From Diplonema japonicum (Eukaryota > Protista > Euglenozoa: Diplonemea): DNA of 64,000 nt. Location: the NCBI GenBank assembly GCA_964019335.1, contig OZ025676.1:62001-126000 (forward strand). Direction: 5' to 3'. Below are positions 63,155-64,000 of the stretch, piece after piece. A model generated the notes under the pieces. That model had not been told where the DNA came from, ran no database searches, and was given only the letters and a program-made list of their open reading frames with translations. Each line of letters starts with the position of its first letter. Positions within the stretch are counted from its first letter, which is position 1. Both the position numbers and the translations under genes were made by a program.

Positions 63155-63211
63155 TCGATAAAGTTTCAGTGTGCAGGGGGAATGCTCACCGCTCAAGGAA
63201 AAAATTCACAC
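63155..63211 (-). repeat. Isolated 3'-hairpin tag (family C) homologous to 55523-55577
   Basis: tcgataaa.tttcagtgtgca.ggggg..tgctcac.g.tca.g.a.aaat.cacac shared. Confidence 0.7.
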
Positions 63212-63661
63212 GAAAAATAAAAATAGGGGGGGGGGCTCCACCTTTTTTTCTCTACTTTTTTTTTCCTCCTTTGATTGCCAGTTTCTCGCATCTTTTTTCC
63301 TCAACGGGAAAAACAAAGGAGAACCAGGCAGAGAAGCTTGACAAAAAAAAATCTCAAGTAAAAGAAGAGTAAACAAACTATTCTACCTGCACTGCCACTG
63401 AATAGTAGTTCTGACCCGCCATTACAAGAGGCTGCCAATTGATCATCTGCAAGGAGACAAATAGGGAGGAAGGATGGAATCGTTATGTCAGAAGGTTCCT
63501 TTCCTTTTTTTTTTTTTTAAAGAAAAAAAAGAAGAAGGGCTGAGAAAGACAAAGGGAAGCAAGAAGACATCCCTATTCTGCTAAAGTTAAAAGTACTACT
63601 TTTTTCGAAACAAATGGGGATTGCGTGGGTGGACTTTCCCCCCCCCCCCCCCCCTCATAAC

Positions 63662-64000
63662 TTAAATCTTCCCATTCATGAAGTCCTCAAGGATGGGCCA
63701 CCAGTAGGGAGCAGGCCAGTCGTTGACACCGTCCATGAGAAGCCTGAAGATGTCGATGTTTGTCACGCCAAGGGATGTCGCGTTGTGAATGAACGACTGT
63801 ACGTTACTAGGGTTCCAGTAGCTAGTCACATAAGGTCCAAGCCCCACGCCTGCCTGTGCGGTGCTCCCTGTCGCGTCTTTGATGGTTGTGACGTAGGTCT
63901 TCAAGATCTGAAGCATGGTGGGCATCGGCTGCCCACCGTACGTCTCCATGTCCTGCAGGTACTGGATCCCAGACCCTGCAAGCACGCCGTACTTGTTCAG
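63662..64000 (-). CDS. Secreted GH18-like glycoside hydrolase, copy 3 (5'-partial)
   Basis: C-terminal ~112 codons nearly identical to copy 1. Confidence 0.75.
   Translation of the reverse strand: MNKYGVLAGSGIQYLQDMETYGGQPMPTMLQILKTYVTTIKDATGSTAQAGVGLGPYVTSYWNPSNVQSFIHNATSLGVTNIDIFRLLMDGVNDWPAPYWWPILEDFMNGKI

Noticed and set aside
1-64000. Non-standard genetic code
   Set aside because: TAA, TAG and TGA all terminate genes, and apparent interruptions resolve as GT-AG introns.

Overview
Eukaryotic nuclear DNA, most likely a diplonemid-like euglenozoan. This is an inference from a BILBO1 N-terminal-domain protein, one directional gene cluster, AG trans-splice-type acceptors a few nt upstream of most ATGs, and cis-introns. 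All ~35 host protein genes I can support lie on the minus strand. Positions 1-45 kb are gene-dense with mostly very short intergenic spacers and sparse, tiny (mostly 38-44 nt) GT-AG introns. Genes there include a cyclophilin, an Elongin-B-like protein, C2, ankyrin, GT61, BILBO1-like, RhoGAP-like, thioredoxin-like and RCC1 proteins, an FkbM methyltransferase flanked by three small Arg/Ser-rich peptide genes, a choline transporter-like protein, a Tyr-kinase-signature kinase, a pseudo-cyclase/MAP3K receptor, a sirtuin-ZnF-UBP fusion, a polycystin-2 channel, PPR-TrmB and a TPR protein. Positions 45-64 kb are homopolymer- and transposon-rich: decayed pogo and piggyBac elements, MITEs, 5'-truncated retroelement-like fragments, a CaMK and three tandem secreted GH18-like genes. 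The two most unusual signals are (i) the small basic peptide/FkbM cluster and (ii) retroelement-like fragments and 40-55 nt stem-loop 'tags' that end in sense-strand poly(T) and all point with the gene cluster. All calls come from reading the sequence by eye; no database searches were run.
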